From: Lingula anatina
Lineage: Eukaryota > Animalia > Brachiopoda
Direction: 5' to 3'
Assembly (NCBI GenBank): GCA_051362555.1
Contig: CM120644.1
Span: 5,898,954-5,962,953 of the forward strand
DNA length: 64,000 nucleotides
Shown one piece after another: positions 9,489 through 22,310 of this stretch; the first letter of the stretch is position 1, and each line of letters starts with the position of its first letter. The notes under the pieces are model-generated. The model was not told the DNA's origin. It saw nothing but the letters and a program-made list of their open reading frames with translations, and ran no database searches. The position numbers were made by a program, and so were the translations under genes.

Positions 9489-12400
9489 ATGGGGATTAGT
9501 TTAGGTCAGTGGAGGGTCGCAATTGGCCATTTTTATTGTGTTATACATAAGCTATCGTCTGGATCATGCAAACTGACACCCGTCACACTTTACCTGATAT
9601 CAAAAGTGATTCTGTTCCTAGTAACTATCATCATCATGCTTGAGATCATTCTACTATCTGGAGATATCCACCCCAACCCAGGGCCGTACTCGATCCCCCT
9701 TACCATACTTTTCTCAAACATAAGGAGTCTTAGCGCGGTCGCTGATGAACGCTTCGAGAGCCTTAAAATAAGAATTAAAAATGCTAAAGCTGACGTAGTT
9801 GGGCTTTGCGAAGCAGGAAACATCTGTAGGATAGATCGGAGTGAAAAGTATAATATCGAAGGCTTTCACGTACCCGTATTTTCTAATAAAGGCCGAGGGC
9901 TTATCTTGTATATGTGCGATGATATAATGTATAAAGAACGAACTGATCTTCAATTGGATGGGTTGGACTGCCTATGGGTGGAGCTGCGAGTGAAGCATAA
10001 AACTCTTCTTTACGGTGTATTCTACAGATCTCCTAATCAATCAGCCCAACAGAGGAACATTTTCATGTCCCTTCTATCCGAATGCCTTGAGAAAACAAGA
10101 CGCTCTCGGCATGACGGAATCATAATAAATGGCGATTTTAATGCTCATAACAGACAATGGTTTCAGAGGGAGGTGATGACGTGCCAGGTCGAATGTTAAG
10201 CGATATATTTAACGAAAATGGCCTTGACCAGTTAATAAATGAGCCAACCCGAATCCAAGGAAGCTCTGTCTCATGTATTGACCTGACTGTGACTGACATT
10301 CCCGGCCTGGTACTAAGATCTGTGGAAGCACCGATTGGACGCACAGACCATGCTACATTAGTGACCTCCATAGACATAACTCTCTGTAAGCATTCACCTT
10401 ACTATAGAACTATATGGAAGTACGACCATGCAAACCCTGAAGGACTAAAAACCGAAATAACCCAGTTCGACTGGGATGGCATGTTTAAACTCGAGTCCGA
10501 TGTCCACCTGCTGACTAAAAAAATTATCGAAACACTTATGTCCATATTTGAAAAACATATCCCAAGAAAACATAGTAAAGTACGTGGCAATGAGAACACA
10601 TGGTACAATGACAAAATTTAACATGAATTAAATAGAAAGAGAAAATTGTACCAACGTATAAAACTTAACCCGTCGCAAGTAAACATCGCAAGCTATGTTG
10701 CCCAAATTAACCTGGTGAAGCAGTAAAAATCTGAAACAAAAGACTCTTATTATAAAAGCCTAATCGAATCACTTGAAGCTAAAACAGATAGTAAGAAACA
10801 ATATTGGCCAACACTGAAAAAACTTCTGGGTAATAAATTCAATCGGTCAACACCAGTGATTGGAAATGTAAATACCGGTAATATTGCTAATTCTGACGAA
10901 GAAAAAGCTGAGGTCTTCCTAAATCACTTTGGCAAAAGCTACCATTCTGATAATCTAACCTGTGATACAAATATTTCTTTCCCACAAAGAACAGATGTTA
11001 TTTTAACCGATCTCGACACAACACCCGAAGAAATAAGCTGTATAATAAATAGCGTGGACTCATCCAAGGCTTACGGACCAGACGGTATAACAGTAAGAAT
11101 GTTAAAATTATGCAGTATTTCCATTGCTTATCCGCTATGCACCCTCTTTAACTTGATACTGCAAACCGGCGTCTTTCCAGACATATAGAAAGAGGCATAT
11201 ATATGCCCAGTGCACAAGAAAGGCAGCAAAACTGACATAGAAAACTATAGACCTATCTCGTTGTTAAGCGTTATATCTAAGGTCCTAGAGCGGATCATAT
11301 ATACGAGAATGATTAGGCATGTTATGGACAATAAACTTCTCTATGACAGACAATCGGGTTTCCTGAGTGGACACAGCACAGAATATCAATTGCTATCGAT
11401 TGATATTCTGATTAGGGACAATTTCAGAAATGGTCTTGATACTAGAGGTATTTTCCTCGATTTTGCTGCTGCATTTGACAGCGTACCTCATAGTCTTTTA
11501 TTGCTGAAACTTATATCCCATGGTTTTAGAGGTAAATTGCACTCTCTTTTGGCCTCTTATCTGAACAATAGGAAAATCAGAGTGCGCATAAACGGTACCC
11601 TTTCAAAGGTCTTCGAGACAAACTTCATCAATACCAGTGTTCCGCAAGGCAGTATACTCGGCCCGCTTCTGTATATAAACGACCTACCTGATGGTCTTAT
11701 CTCACACTGCGTCATATGTGCTGATGATACTTAGATTTTTCTCCCGTCTACCCCGGACAACAGAAAAGCTCATGACATTCTCTAGTCTGATATCTCATAC
11801 CTTGAAGCATGGTCAGTGAAGTGGAAATTATTTTTTAAACCAAAAAAGTGCAATGAAGTGATTTTTACTACGAAAATAGAAAATGTAGGAAAGTACAGTC
11901 CACTTATTCTATGCAACACGGCTATAACACAGAAAAAATACCACAAACACATTGGGTTTATTATTGATCATAAACTTGGCTGTTCCGAGCATATTACGTA
12001 TACTTTAAGCAAGGCCCAAAGTGCACTAAATCCTTTAAAATCGCTTTCTAAGACTTTACGATCTACAGTAAGCATCTTAACATACTTTACAATGCGTACA
12101 TTTCTCCTTTGCTTGATTATTGCGATGTTCTCTATAGCACTGCGTCTCTACATAACCTATCAAAGCTATCCTCCCTCCAGTATCAAGCTGGCCTTAATAT
12201 ACTGGGGGCCCTTCCTGGCTCAAATCGCTGTAAAGTACTGAAACAGCTGAACTGGGTTTCACTAGAGGCACGTAGGAGAAACCATGCGAAAAAAATCATG
12301 TTCAATATCCACAATCAACTAGCACCTTCCAATGTCTCTACCTATTTCATCCCGTTTAGAAATAAATCCATGCTACCACTACGGACAACATCCAAAAGAG

Positions 12401-13641
12401 ACTACATAATTCCCTCTAAATTCACATACAAAGGTCCTGAACACTTTTTGTTGACAAGCTGGGATGAACTTAACACCATTCAAAAAAAAATCTTCCTTCT
12501 GCACCCTCCCTCAAGTATAACCTTAGAAACGAAACCTTCCCAGCAACAATGTCCACCACCCATCTGAAGCTTCCGAGACAAAATGAAACAAGGCAGCAAA
12601 GCTGTCAAATGTACAGACAAAAAGCAGGAAATAACAATGCACAAAATAGGCTACTGTCAAATCTGGTGCAAAAGTACATTATGCTTAACTGCATATTCAA
12701 CATCAAATTTTAATTATGCTCAACAGGTAATACCAATGTAAGTAAAATGTGTAACAAGCATAAGGCTTCAGGCACATGGAACTTCAAAGTCACACCTTGA
12801 AAATGCCAAAATGTAAACAAGACAGCACTGTTCTGCAATGGGTTTATTTCCATTTTTAACACATTTTTAACATAAAACAAAATAAACGTTTTACTGCCAT
12901 TTTTATTAGATCAACTAAGAAAATTGATGAGATGGGAAAAATATCAACAGAAAGGTGTTAAATGTCCAATTTCCTCCATTCTGAGATTCTGAACATAGTG
13001 GATTATTGAATCTGACAATCTGCAATGATATGAGTTTATTTCCATTTTTGACACTTTATTACACAATACACGATAACAAGTTTACCAACTTTTTTACATA
13101 ATCAACTAACAATGTTATAAAGATGCAGGAAATGTCAAACAAACACTTTTATGTATCTTATTAGTTCAATAATGAGACTGTTAACATGCCTAAGAATTAA
13201 ACGGTATTCCACTTATCGTGTTATCGCTGAGTGCACGGCGACGGCGACGACGGCCTACGGCGACGGCGACGGCGACGACAGACGCAGGTGACGGCTATAT
13301 GTACAGACACATCTGTGTCTGTACATAAAAATCCTAAATAAGGCCCGGGTCGATTTGTTATTTAGAGCCCAACTATATGACCATTACTGGACAGCTATGG
13401 CTTCTCCCAACTGTTTATGTGGGAAACTCGAAACTATCCGACATTTTTTCTTTCACTGAAACAAAGGATATATCGTGTTCTCTACGAATCTGTTGAAGAT
13501 ATACTTGGTGTAAATTATGCATATTTCAGAACCCAACTAGATAAGATATCCCTCTTCCTACATGGCCATAAAACACTAACATCTGGACAAAACGACAAAA
13601 TTTTCGAAATAGTGTCGGATTTCTTAATCAAAAATGTCTGA
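9489..13641 (+). pseudogene. LINE ORF2 remnant (2A-like motif, APE, RT, C-terminal Cys/His)
   Basis: Consecutive fragments 9489-10199, 10157-10621, 10856-11188, 11210-11734, 11816-12567 and ~13331-13641. The RT YADD motif reads CADD and is followed almost immediately by a stop. Confidence 0.88.
12587..13330 (-). mobile_element. Helentron-associated non-autonomous element (HINE/DINE-1-like) inserted in LINE ORF2
   Basis: On the minus strand: T-run, sub-terminal ATGTACAGACA with an adjacent inverted copy TGTCTGTACAT, a (CGTCGC)n-type microsatellite, a 3' TGTCTGTACAT, then a stem-loop GACAGC-TTT-GCTGCC and TTGTTT. LINE coding sequence resumes across the insertion (HLKLPRQNE / ILNKARVDLLFRAQLY). 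Confidence 0.7.
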
Positions 13642-13798
13642 ATCTTCTTCCATTTCTGTTCTGGCGCCTACCACTCTCTCCTGATGGCCTATTGCCCCCC
13701 CCCCCCCCCCCCCCCCCCCATAATTACCTTTCCCCCATGCCCTGTCCCTCACTCCCCTCTAATGCCACTCACGTCCTCGCCACTGTCTTTTCCTTGAA

Positions 13799-13834
<36 letters not shown>

Positions 13835-16800
13835 GAGCGCGTCCATGAGAAAGCCAGACAGATCGGTCAGAAGGCGGCAAGGTGGGGGTCAGCATATTTT
13901 AATAATTTTTGGTGTGGTAAACCATCAACATATTAGATATTGTGAGCCACTGGCTTTCTTATTTTGGATCATTAGTTTTAGAGATATGGGGGCAGATCTT
14001 TTATTGTCAATTTTGCCAAAATATAGCATTTTTTAGCTCTTGAAAAGTTATAATTTTAAATATTCTTTTAAAAAATCATGTACATCATAAGGAATTATTT
14101 AGGTAAGCCACATGATAGGTTAAGGAAAGACCTTTAATACCCAGTACAGATTTTTTGAAAAGACACTGTCATGACCACACAAGGTTGATTCTAATAAGGC
14201 ATGTTTTCCGTATGCTTGACCCCCTCCCCTTCTTTAAATGCACACAACTTCTTTTTTGCAGGTTGTATCCATATAATTTTGGTATGTACTGATAGAAAAG
14301 GGTTGAAAAATAAATTTTGTAAAATAAAATCTATGTTAAACCTTGTAAAATTAGAACTATAACAATTTTAAAAAGGGCCTAAAAACGAATATTTTTATAC
14401 TATTTTAAAAATGCTAAACTGTTTCTTCAACTAAATTAATAAGTCAAAACCATGTATAGGTTTGTGAAAAGCCCTTAAAATAATTATGTTTGCCCTGCAG
14501 ACGAACTTATGAAGCGAAAAGACATTTTTTAATTTGTTTATGTTGTGGAAACTAAATGTAAAATAACGATGCTAACTCTGTGACCTATTTTCAACATGGC
14601 GGGTACTAGGATTATCACCGGAGCAACTGTGGAGCAAAGCACATCGTCTTCACAGTGTTAAAACAAAATACTTTCTTAAATTTATGAAGAACACGCACTA
14701 GAGATGCTTAGGTACATCTCAGAAGGATTGGTGTGCACCAGAATATAACAAGAAATGACCATAGCAGCTGGTCGTCCTTAGAAAGTGCATTTTTTGGTTG
14801 AACCACTTCAGACTTATGACTGTTGTCAGGCTTGGGTTCCTCAATATATCTATCTATCTCATCGATTTAGCTCTGGATGTTTGTTGTAAGGTAAGTGATC
14901 AGTGGTGGCATACATATACTAGAATCAGATACACTAAAAACTCAAACCAGTTTAAATAATAAGTTTGAATATTATTCAGTAATAATAATATAAAGAATAT
15001 TAAGCAAATTTAAAAGACGTACTGGTATATTTCAATTCACAGAGTTTTACTTGATTTCTGTTTCATGGTAAACATGTATGCTGAAGAGAATTAACTGTGT
15101 ATCTAACTTATGAAGTATATTTTTGCATTAAATTCTAGGGCTTTGTTACATGTGTTATCATAACACAAACAGTTAAGGACTATACTGAACTTGAAGACAG
15201 CTTCATTAGAAATTTCTTACCCAGAATCAAAGGTATGTAACACACATTCAGGTTCAAGTTTTGGCATTTTAGGGGATGTTACTTGTGCCAGTTTTTTATA
15301 TTTTAGTTTCATATTCACTATGCAGATTTATGTGTGTTTACAATGAAGTTGAATTTAACTGCCTAGCTTTATGTGACTTTGTAACACAGTGTGCTTCAAT
15401 TTTCAAGACTTACATATTACACAGGACACTTGTAACTAAAGGTACTTTAGTAAAATCAGGAAAACTTTGCGGTCCATTATGTTGTTCATGTTGCTTTGCA
15501 AGGGGGTGTGCCTGACAATTAAGCTGATTACAACGACTGAGCCCGAGTATGATACTCCGCTAAGATAGATTGTTCCTGCTACTTTATAGTTTCTATTCTG
15601 AACACAGTAAACCTCTGTTGTTGTAAAGCATTTATTGATGTTATGTCTATTTTTCAGATTTTACATCCTAGGTCTGTATGTGAACCTTGACCTGGACAAT
15701 CTTATAGACAATAATAGAAAAGTCACCTGAAATTGCACAGGCAAATTCATCAGATTCAGATGTGAGCACCAACTTTGTAATGCCTGGAACACTTCCACGG
15801 AGAAGAAAAAAGGTTTACCTTTTTCATTTGTTTCTTTTTCTGTCATGAAATTCTGGTAGCTACAATCATGCATATTTGATTTCCTTTTTTATACCTATGC
15901 AATATGTTTGATCAGAATATTATTTAGTAATTGTTCTTATACAGCAATTAACATGAGCTTAAAATATGTTTAATACATTTTCTTTTGACAGCCTGTCCTG
16001 CCATATTCAGGTAGACGTAGAAGTGGATATCCTGGCAAACCTCTATTGGACTTAGAGCCACCTTGGGTCAATCCCCCATAACAAATGTGCATCTTAGGCT
16101 TGGCAATCTCAATCAGTTTTGTAGGAAAGAAGGATTGTCGCCATTGAATTGACAGATATTGACAATTGACAGTTCAGTCACACTAAACTATAGTGGCATG
16201 TTGCTTCAAGTTACCACACTTATTCTAAGATTGCTGAATTATCATTACTGTAGGAGACCCTGGATCTCTCAACCAGAAGAAGAAACTTGGGGATCAATCA
16301 GTTATAAGATTAAAATCTGCGGAACACTACCCATCACTGTTGTGTTTAGTATATGGAAAATATGACCGTGATATTGGAACCTTGGAGATTCATAACTTGA
16401 TTTCACTCCTGTAAAAAGTAACTGCTTTGTTCTTTTACTGTCCAATTGATAATATAAAAATAAAGTACTCCTTCTGTCATTGTATGTTGCTGACTCTGTT
16501 TTAATTTTCTTTATAGAAAAAGAATATAGATATAAAGATTTCACATGTATTTACAAAGCCTATGAATCATTTGAAAGGAAAAAGAATGGTTGAAAAATGC
16601 AGTATAAATCATTTCAAGTGGATTAATTAGTGTTGCACTTGAGAAAACTGATAAAATGAGACAGTCATTCCCTTTTACCTTTAGATGCTGATGACACTGG
16701 ATATGCACAGTAATAACTTATGAAATGGGGGGGGGGGGGGGGGGGATAACTTGTCACTAGTAATTTAAATGTATTCAGAAGTTGTATGGTTCTGTTTGAA

Positions 16801-17606
16801 AAGAATATTATTTGAGCAATCCTGTGTTACAGATCTCAAAATAAAAAACCTGCAAAAAAGGGGCCTCTTGATTATTTTGAGGAATTGGGGTAACTGTATT
16901 TTGGGACAGATTTGATGGCAGCCATTTTGTATTTATAAAAATTGGATAGATTTGCCCTTATCAAAGCACAGTTTGAATTCCTGGCTGTGAGTCTTTGATT
17001 AAATTTGATTATTGGAAGGTATTATCTCAAAATGTACTGATATCTTGATTTCGGCCGTTTGGTTTTCTGCTAAAATTGCTAAAGTTTGAGGCACTTTTTC
17101 AATATCTTCTGTTGTGTTTAACACACTTTTTAAATGTTGTATGATGAGACCAATATATGCTTAGGATCCCTATTAAATTTTGTGGCTGTCAAGCCTGCAA
17201 AAAGAGAGATATGAATTCTTGAACATTGGTTGGTAGAAAAGTGAGTTTGGGGGGTGGGGTCATAAAAATGGGCGTGGCTCCTTAGTTTGTGGGTTAAACT
17301 GAAATTTAGTAACATATTCTCAATGGCAAATGGCTGGTTTAAATAGGTAAATTTTCAATTAATTTTAAAAAGTCATCAGTTTTGACATATTTGCTTATGA
17401 AGTGGCTTTATTGACCGAAGCTGAAAATCAAGCCAAAAATGGCCAAAACATATAATATCATATTATAATTATATCCAATGATTTCTTTTGGGATTGTTGT
17501 CTTCAATCTTAATATCTCCTATATATGCAACAATATTATGAATTTGGTTGAAATCTGTTGACCCCCACCTTGCCACCCTCTGACTGGTCTTATCATGGAC
17601 ACACAC
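13835..17606. mobile_element. 3.8-kb TIR DNA transposon flanked by TTAA, non-autonomous or decayed
   Basis: Left end TTAA|GAGCGCGTCCATGA...GTCAGAAGGCGGCAAGGTGGGGGTCAGCA. Right end in reverse complement TTAA|GTGTGTGTCCATGA...GTCAGAGGGTGGCAAGGTGGGGGTCAACA. No intact ORF. Superfamily is uncertain (Kolobok/piggyBac-like if the TSD is TTAA). Confidence 0.72.
15460..15607. repeat. Dispersed ~150-bp repeat, also at ~32370-32527 and ~38546-38702
   Basis: The three locations share GGAAAA..T.G.GGTCCAT.ATGTT.TTC.TGTTGCTTTGC.A.GGG...GCTGATTA.A..GACTG.GCC...TTCTATTCTGAACACAG. Confidence 0.7.
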
Positions 17607-18827
17607 TTAAATCTCAAAGGTGAGCAATATAATGCCTAGGCGAATTGCCACCTTAAATTATACTCTATCAATATTTAACCCTCTTGAGAATAAAGATGTT
17701 TAAAAAAAATCAAGAAGAAGGCAACTCGGTTCACCCACTCCTCCCCCCTCCCCCCCCCCCCTCATCTCCCCACCCCAACCCCACAACCCCACCCTGATGC
17801 GTTCTTTGTATATTATTCGTGGATCAAGCGGTCAGTATAGTGGTCAGTAGGCTTACAGTGAGCCTTGGTTCATATGGACATATACGGAAACAACATGGCC
17901 AGAGAGAGGGTTAGCAAATGCTTGCTTAGTGAGCTCTATTTTAATCAATTACGCACAGAGAAAGGATTGTTATGTCTGTATGGTAAAACTAGCAGGGTGA
18001 AACCAGATATATCGATACATCACCGTGTATATGTTAACGCTAATCAAAGTAATGAAAGCAATGTGATATTATTTATGTAACGTAAGTCGAAGATATGCGA
18101 TCAGTTAAGGGGGTTGGTTGTCTACAGGTGTTGGGCACATTATAATGGCTGTCATATGACAAATTAGTTGTTGTCAGGTTTCTTTTATGTAAAATACTTA
18201 TCCTTATATTAGTACAACAAAAATGAAGATTTTTAGAACAAGAACTCCATTTTTGTCGCTTTATTCACCACCAATCGCGCTCCAGCAGATAGGTTTGGCA
18301 AGTTTTGTGGTCGTTTTTTTTGTGTGAGATAGTGATCGGTTTGCGACGTAACTCTGTAACTAAGACAGGTGAAATATGACAATATTAGCGTGGTTGACGA
18401 CAAGGGCATGATCTACAATACGATGCAAGTGGTTTTCTTTAGGAAACGTGAGTCTCTAATTACGCTGTTCCATAAAACATGGACATTGTTTCGCCTCTTT
18501 ACTTATAAAATAAGAAGTAAGCCTCTCATGAAAATTCCATTGCACCAGATTGTAATACTTATTGGTGTAATTAAATAGGCGTTATAGCTATTCAGGCGAG
18601 GAAGATCTGTTTGAAATCGATATTACATTTCTTACCCTAAAACTCTGCTGTTACATCATTACCTCGAATTAACTGGAAATTTTGGGATGCATATCGCCCT
18701 GTTTCTTTCATAATTATTGATATTACCAACTTACTACTGTTTATATTGTTAAATTTGTGAAGCTGGAGGATTGGTAAAGTCAAGGAGAAACAACCAATGC
18801 AAATGTGAAAAAAGGCGTTAATTTATA

Positions 18828-21430
18828 ACCCCGGTGAAGTTGATTCCTGGTTCCTTATTCCTTATTCGGTTACTTATTCAAATGTGAAGTTGGTTACTTA
18901 TTCCCGGTTCCTTATTCGGTTACTTATTCAACTTTTTTATGTTTTTTTATGATTTTGATGCTAGAATACCTGTTTCATCATACTAGCACCCCCTCTTCAT
19001 CTAGATGACACCCTAAAATTGTTAAATATACCAATAAAAACACAAAATATAACCCATTCCTTATTCAAAAGTCCTGGTACTTATTCGGTTACTTATTCCT
19101 TATTCGGTTACTTATTCCTTATTCGGTTACTTATTCAACTTTTTTATGTTTTTTTATGATTTTGATGCTAAAATACCTGTTTCATCATACTAGCACCCCC
19201 TCTTCATCTAGATGACACCCTAAAATTGTTAAATATACCACTAAAAACACAAAATATAACCCATTCCTTATTCAAAAGTCCTGTTACTTATTCGGTTACT
19301 TATTCCTTATTCGGTTACTTATTCAACTTTTTTATGTTGTTTTATGATTTTGATGCTAGAATACCTGTTTCATCATACTAGCACCCCCTCTTCATCTAGA
19401 TGACACCCTAAAATTGTTAAATGTACCACTAAAAACACAAAATATAACCCATTCCTTATTCAAAAGTCCTGTTACTTATTCGGTTACTTATTCCTTATTC
19501 GGTTACTTATTCCTTATTCGGTTACTTATTCAACTTTTTTATGTTGTTTTATGATTTTGATGCTAGAATACCTGTTTCATCATACTAGCACCCCCTCTTC
19601 ATCTAGATGACACCCTAAAATTGTTAAATATACCAATAAAAACGTCAAATCTTTGCTTACATAGGCCTCGTGTCTCTCCCCTGACATAGAGGCCTATAGT
19701 CTGTTTGACGAAAACTTGCCGGGTTGTTTTTTGGGCACCAACTGCTCTCATCCTCAACAGATTTTAATAAACAAATACTTTCTGAATCTTGAGATTACAT
19801 CGTATTAGCAGTATAAGAACTGAGAGTCTAGGATATTTCAAAGTCTAAAGATGACAGGAAGGGAAAATTGCAATACTTGATAACAAACTTATGCCCATAT
19901 TTTCTGCTCAACATGCACTCTCCCATTCAAACTCCAATAAAAGTTGAATTTTGAACTTATGAATACATTCATATAGAGTGTTGCGCTTCTAAAGACAGCA
20001 AGGTTTCGTCAAACAGACTATAGCCTAGTTAATTTAATCATCAACAGGTTTATACTACCTCTCCTTTCATAGTCACCTGCCATCAATTTCCGTTTTAATC
20101 AATAATTAAAACCGGTTTTATGTCTTCCCTTGATTAAATACTGTTTATTTATCAATTTTACTATTGTAACATAGCCTTATTTGCAGTTTATACACTTAAT
20201 TTCTCACACCCTTCTAATTCATCTACTGCTTGTATATTCTTGTCTCTTCAAAATACTGTTAATCAACCTGAAGTTGAATTACAAAGAATTTCCTAAATTC
20301 ATCTCCTTTTGTCTTTTGGATTTTATTGTGGGTTTATAGTTAGTCATGTGGGTGGGGAATCCCCTTTCAAAGCGAGGTTTGGGCTCTGGCGTCATAGTAA
20401 AAATGGGCATCATTGGATTTATATAGTTAGTCTTTAAGTGCTTTTTTGATCTCATATTTTATGGATTTAAATGGGAATCATGTCATAGTGTACCAATCAG
20501 CAGGCAGCAAGTCCACGGATGATCATTGTCACAATGACGTCAGAGCCTAAGCTCCTTGGAAAAAAGTAACCGAATAAGGAATAAGTAACTGAATAAGTAA
20601 CAGGACTTTTGAATAAGGAATGGGTTATATTTTGTGTTTTTATTGGTATATTTAACAATTTAGGGTGTCATCTAGATGAAGAGGGGGTGCTAGTATGATG
20701 AAACAGGTATTTTAGCATCAAAATCATAAAAAAACATAAAAAAGTTGAATAAGTAACCGAATAAGGAATAAGTAACCGAATAAGTAACAGGACTTTTGAA
20801 TAAGGAATGGGTTATATTTTGTGTTTTTATTGGTATATTTAACAATTTAGGGTGTCATCTAGATGAAGAGGGGGTGCTAGTATGATGAAACAGGTATTTT
20901 AGCATCAAAATCATAAAAAAACATAAAAAAGTTGAATAAGTAACCGAATAAGGAATAAGTAACCGAATAAGTACCAGGACTTTTGAATAAGGAATGGGTT
21001 ATATTTTGTGTTTTTGGTGGTATATTTAACAATTTTAGGGCGTCATCTAGATGAAGAGGGGGTGCTAGTATGATGAAACAGGTATTCTAGCATCAAAATC
21101 ATAAAAAAACATAAAAAAGTTGAATAAGTAACCGAATAAGGAATAAGTAACCGAATAAGGAATAAGTAACCGAATAAGTAACAGGACTTTTGAATAAGGA
21201 ATGGGTTATATTTTGTGTTTTTGGTGGTATATTTAACAATTTTAGGGTGTCATCTAGATGAAGAGGGGGTGCTAGTATGATGAAACAGGTATTTTAGCAT
21301 CAAAATCATAAAAAAACATAAAAAAGTTGAATAAGTAACCGAATAAGGAACCGGGAATAAGTAACCAACTTCACATTTGAATAAGTAACCGAATAAGGAA
21401 TAAGGAACCAGGAATCAACTTCACAGGGGT
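18828..21430. mobile_element. Foldback-type element with ~0.8-kb inverted arms made of tandem repeats
   Basis: Ends ACCCC(G/T)GTGAAGTTGATTCCTGGTTCCTTATTCC are inverted and TA-flanked. The left arm (to ~19642) and right arm (from ~20566) each hold about 4 units of 188-207 bp, which differ in copy number of a 19-bp CTTATTCGGTTACTTATTC subrepeat. The ~0.9-kb centre is unique and has no ORF. Confidence 0.88.
19697..20020. mobile_element. MITE nested in the centre of the foldback element
   Basis: TIR TAGTCTGTTTGACGAAA / TTTCGTCAAACAGACTA, with TA on both sides. Confidence 0.7.
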
Positions 21431-21680
21431 TAATTACCATAAGTTTTTTTTTCTCATGCCCCCAAAAAGAGTACTTTTTTACATAACAGTACCAAGTGAA
21501 AAATTAAACATAAATTTATACTGTGATTGACAATTAATATGAAATTAGGGGAAATTGTCCAGAAACACTTTCAGAGTTCATTATTAATCTAAATAGAGGG
21601 TATGCCCACCCCGAGCTTGGATAATGGCCGCCAGTGGCATACTATGAGCTAGAGTTACAGCTCTTTGGATAGTAACTCTA

Positions 21681-21778
21681 GCTTTGTCTACCGGCAGGGG
21701 AGGTGCTTTGTCTACCGGCAGGGGAGGTGCTTTGTCTACCGGCAGGGGAGGTGCTTTGTCTACCGGCAGGGGAGGTGC
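21681..21778. repeat. 24-bp G-rich minisatellite, 4 identical copies
   Basis: (GCTTTGTCTACCGGCAGGGGAGGT)x4, preceded by the hairpin AGCTAGAGTTAC-N13-GTAACTCTAGCT. Confidence 0.9.
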
Positions 21779-22310
21779 AGAAAGGGTTTCTACTTTTTTT
21801 TTTCAATTTTGCATTTGGATCGATGGAATCAATTCCATTTTACTATTGATGTTTGCCTTGCCTTTTCTTTTCTGTCGTTTTCAATCAATGGCACAAGCAT
21901 TAAATATTTGTGACTTGGCTTCAATTGTCCGACAGTGCTTACGTCATGCATGTATAACGCCACCGACAGATTAAAGACGCTTGTATAATGTTACCAGAGA
22001 GCATTAGTGGCACTTGCAGACGTGTATTTAAGATACTTGTTTCGGCACGAGTCGTAAAAATTTGTGGCGCATTTGAGATTTAAAAAAAGAAAAACAAAAC
22101 AAAGGGAAGAGAGCAAGAGAATTCCACCAGTTCTCAGTTGAATTTTCCTTTAGGAGTTTTCGTTCGGCTTGGCTTCACATGCACAAAATCAAGCAACTGG
22201 ATTCCATGACTTACGGCATCTAGCTAGAGGGGAACATTATCTGGATAAACCGCTTGTGACACTGAGAAAACTTTGAGAAGAATCTGTGCGATAAATTGTA
22301 GAAAAAAGAT

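Larger units (their letters stand above)
8150..17709 (+). mobile_element. Decayed non-LTR retrotransposon (CR1/L2-type LINE) carrying two nested insertions
   Basis: ORF1 remnants at 8266-9174 (coiled coil, EQYSRKNNIKIYG). ORF2 remnants at 9489-13641: APE endonuclease (GVFYRSP, NGDFNAH, PTR, CIDL, TDH), RT (KAYGPDGI, NYRPISLLS, FLDFAAAFDSV, VPQGSILGP, CADDT) and a C-terminal Cys/His motif (CLCGKLETIRHF). Many stops and frameshifts. The probable 3'UTR resumes at 17611 and ends with AATAAA and an A-run near 17709. Both boundaries are approximate. Confidence 0.88.

Noticed and set aside
13692-14036. Poly-Pro/poly-Ile 114-aa ORF
   Set aside because: It is made of a poly-C run, a (TTA)n tract and a transposon end.
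18828-21430. CRISPR array or coding repeat
   Set aside because: The sequence between the short repeats is itself repeated, not unique spacers. The inverted arrangement fits a foldback transposon.
21665-21974. Repeat ORFs (FVYRQGRC / STGRGGAL) and a CRISPR-like look
   Set aside because: The 24-bp units are head-to-tail with no spacers, there are no cas genes, and the context is eukaryotic. The ORFs are by-products of the minisatellite.
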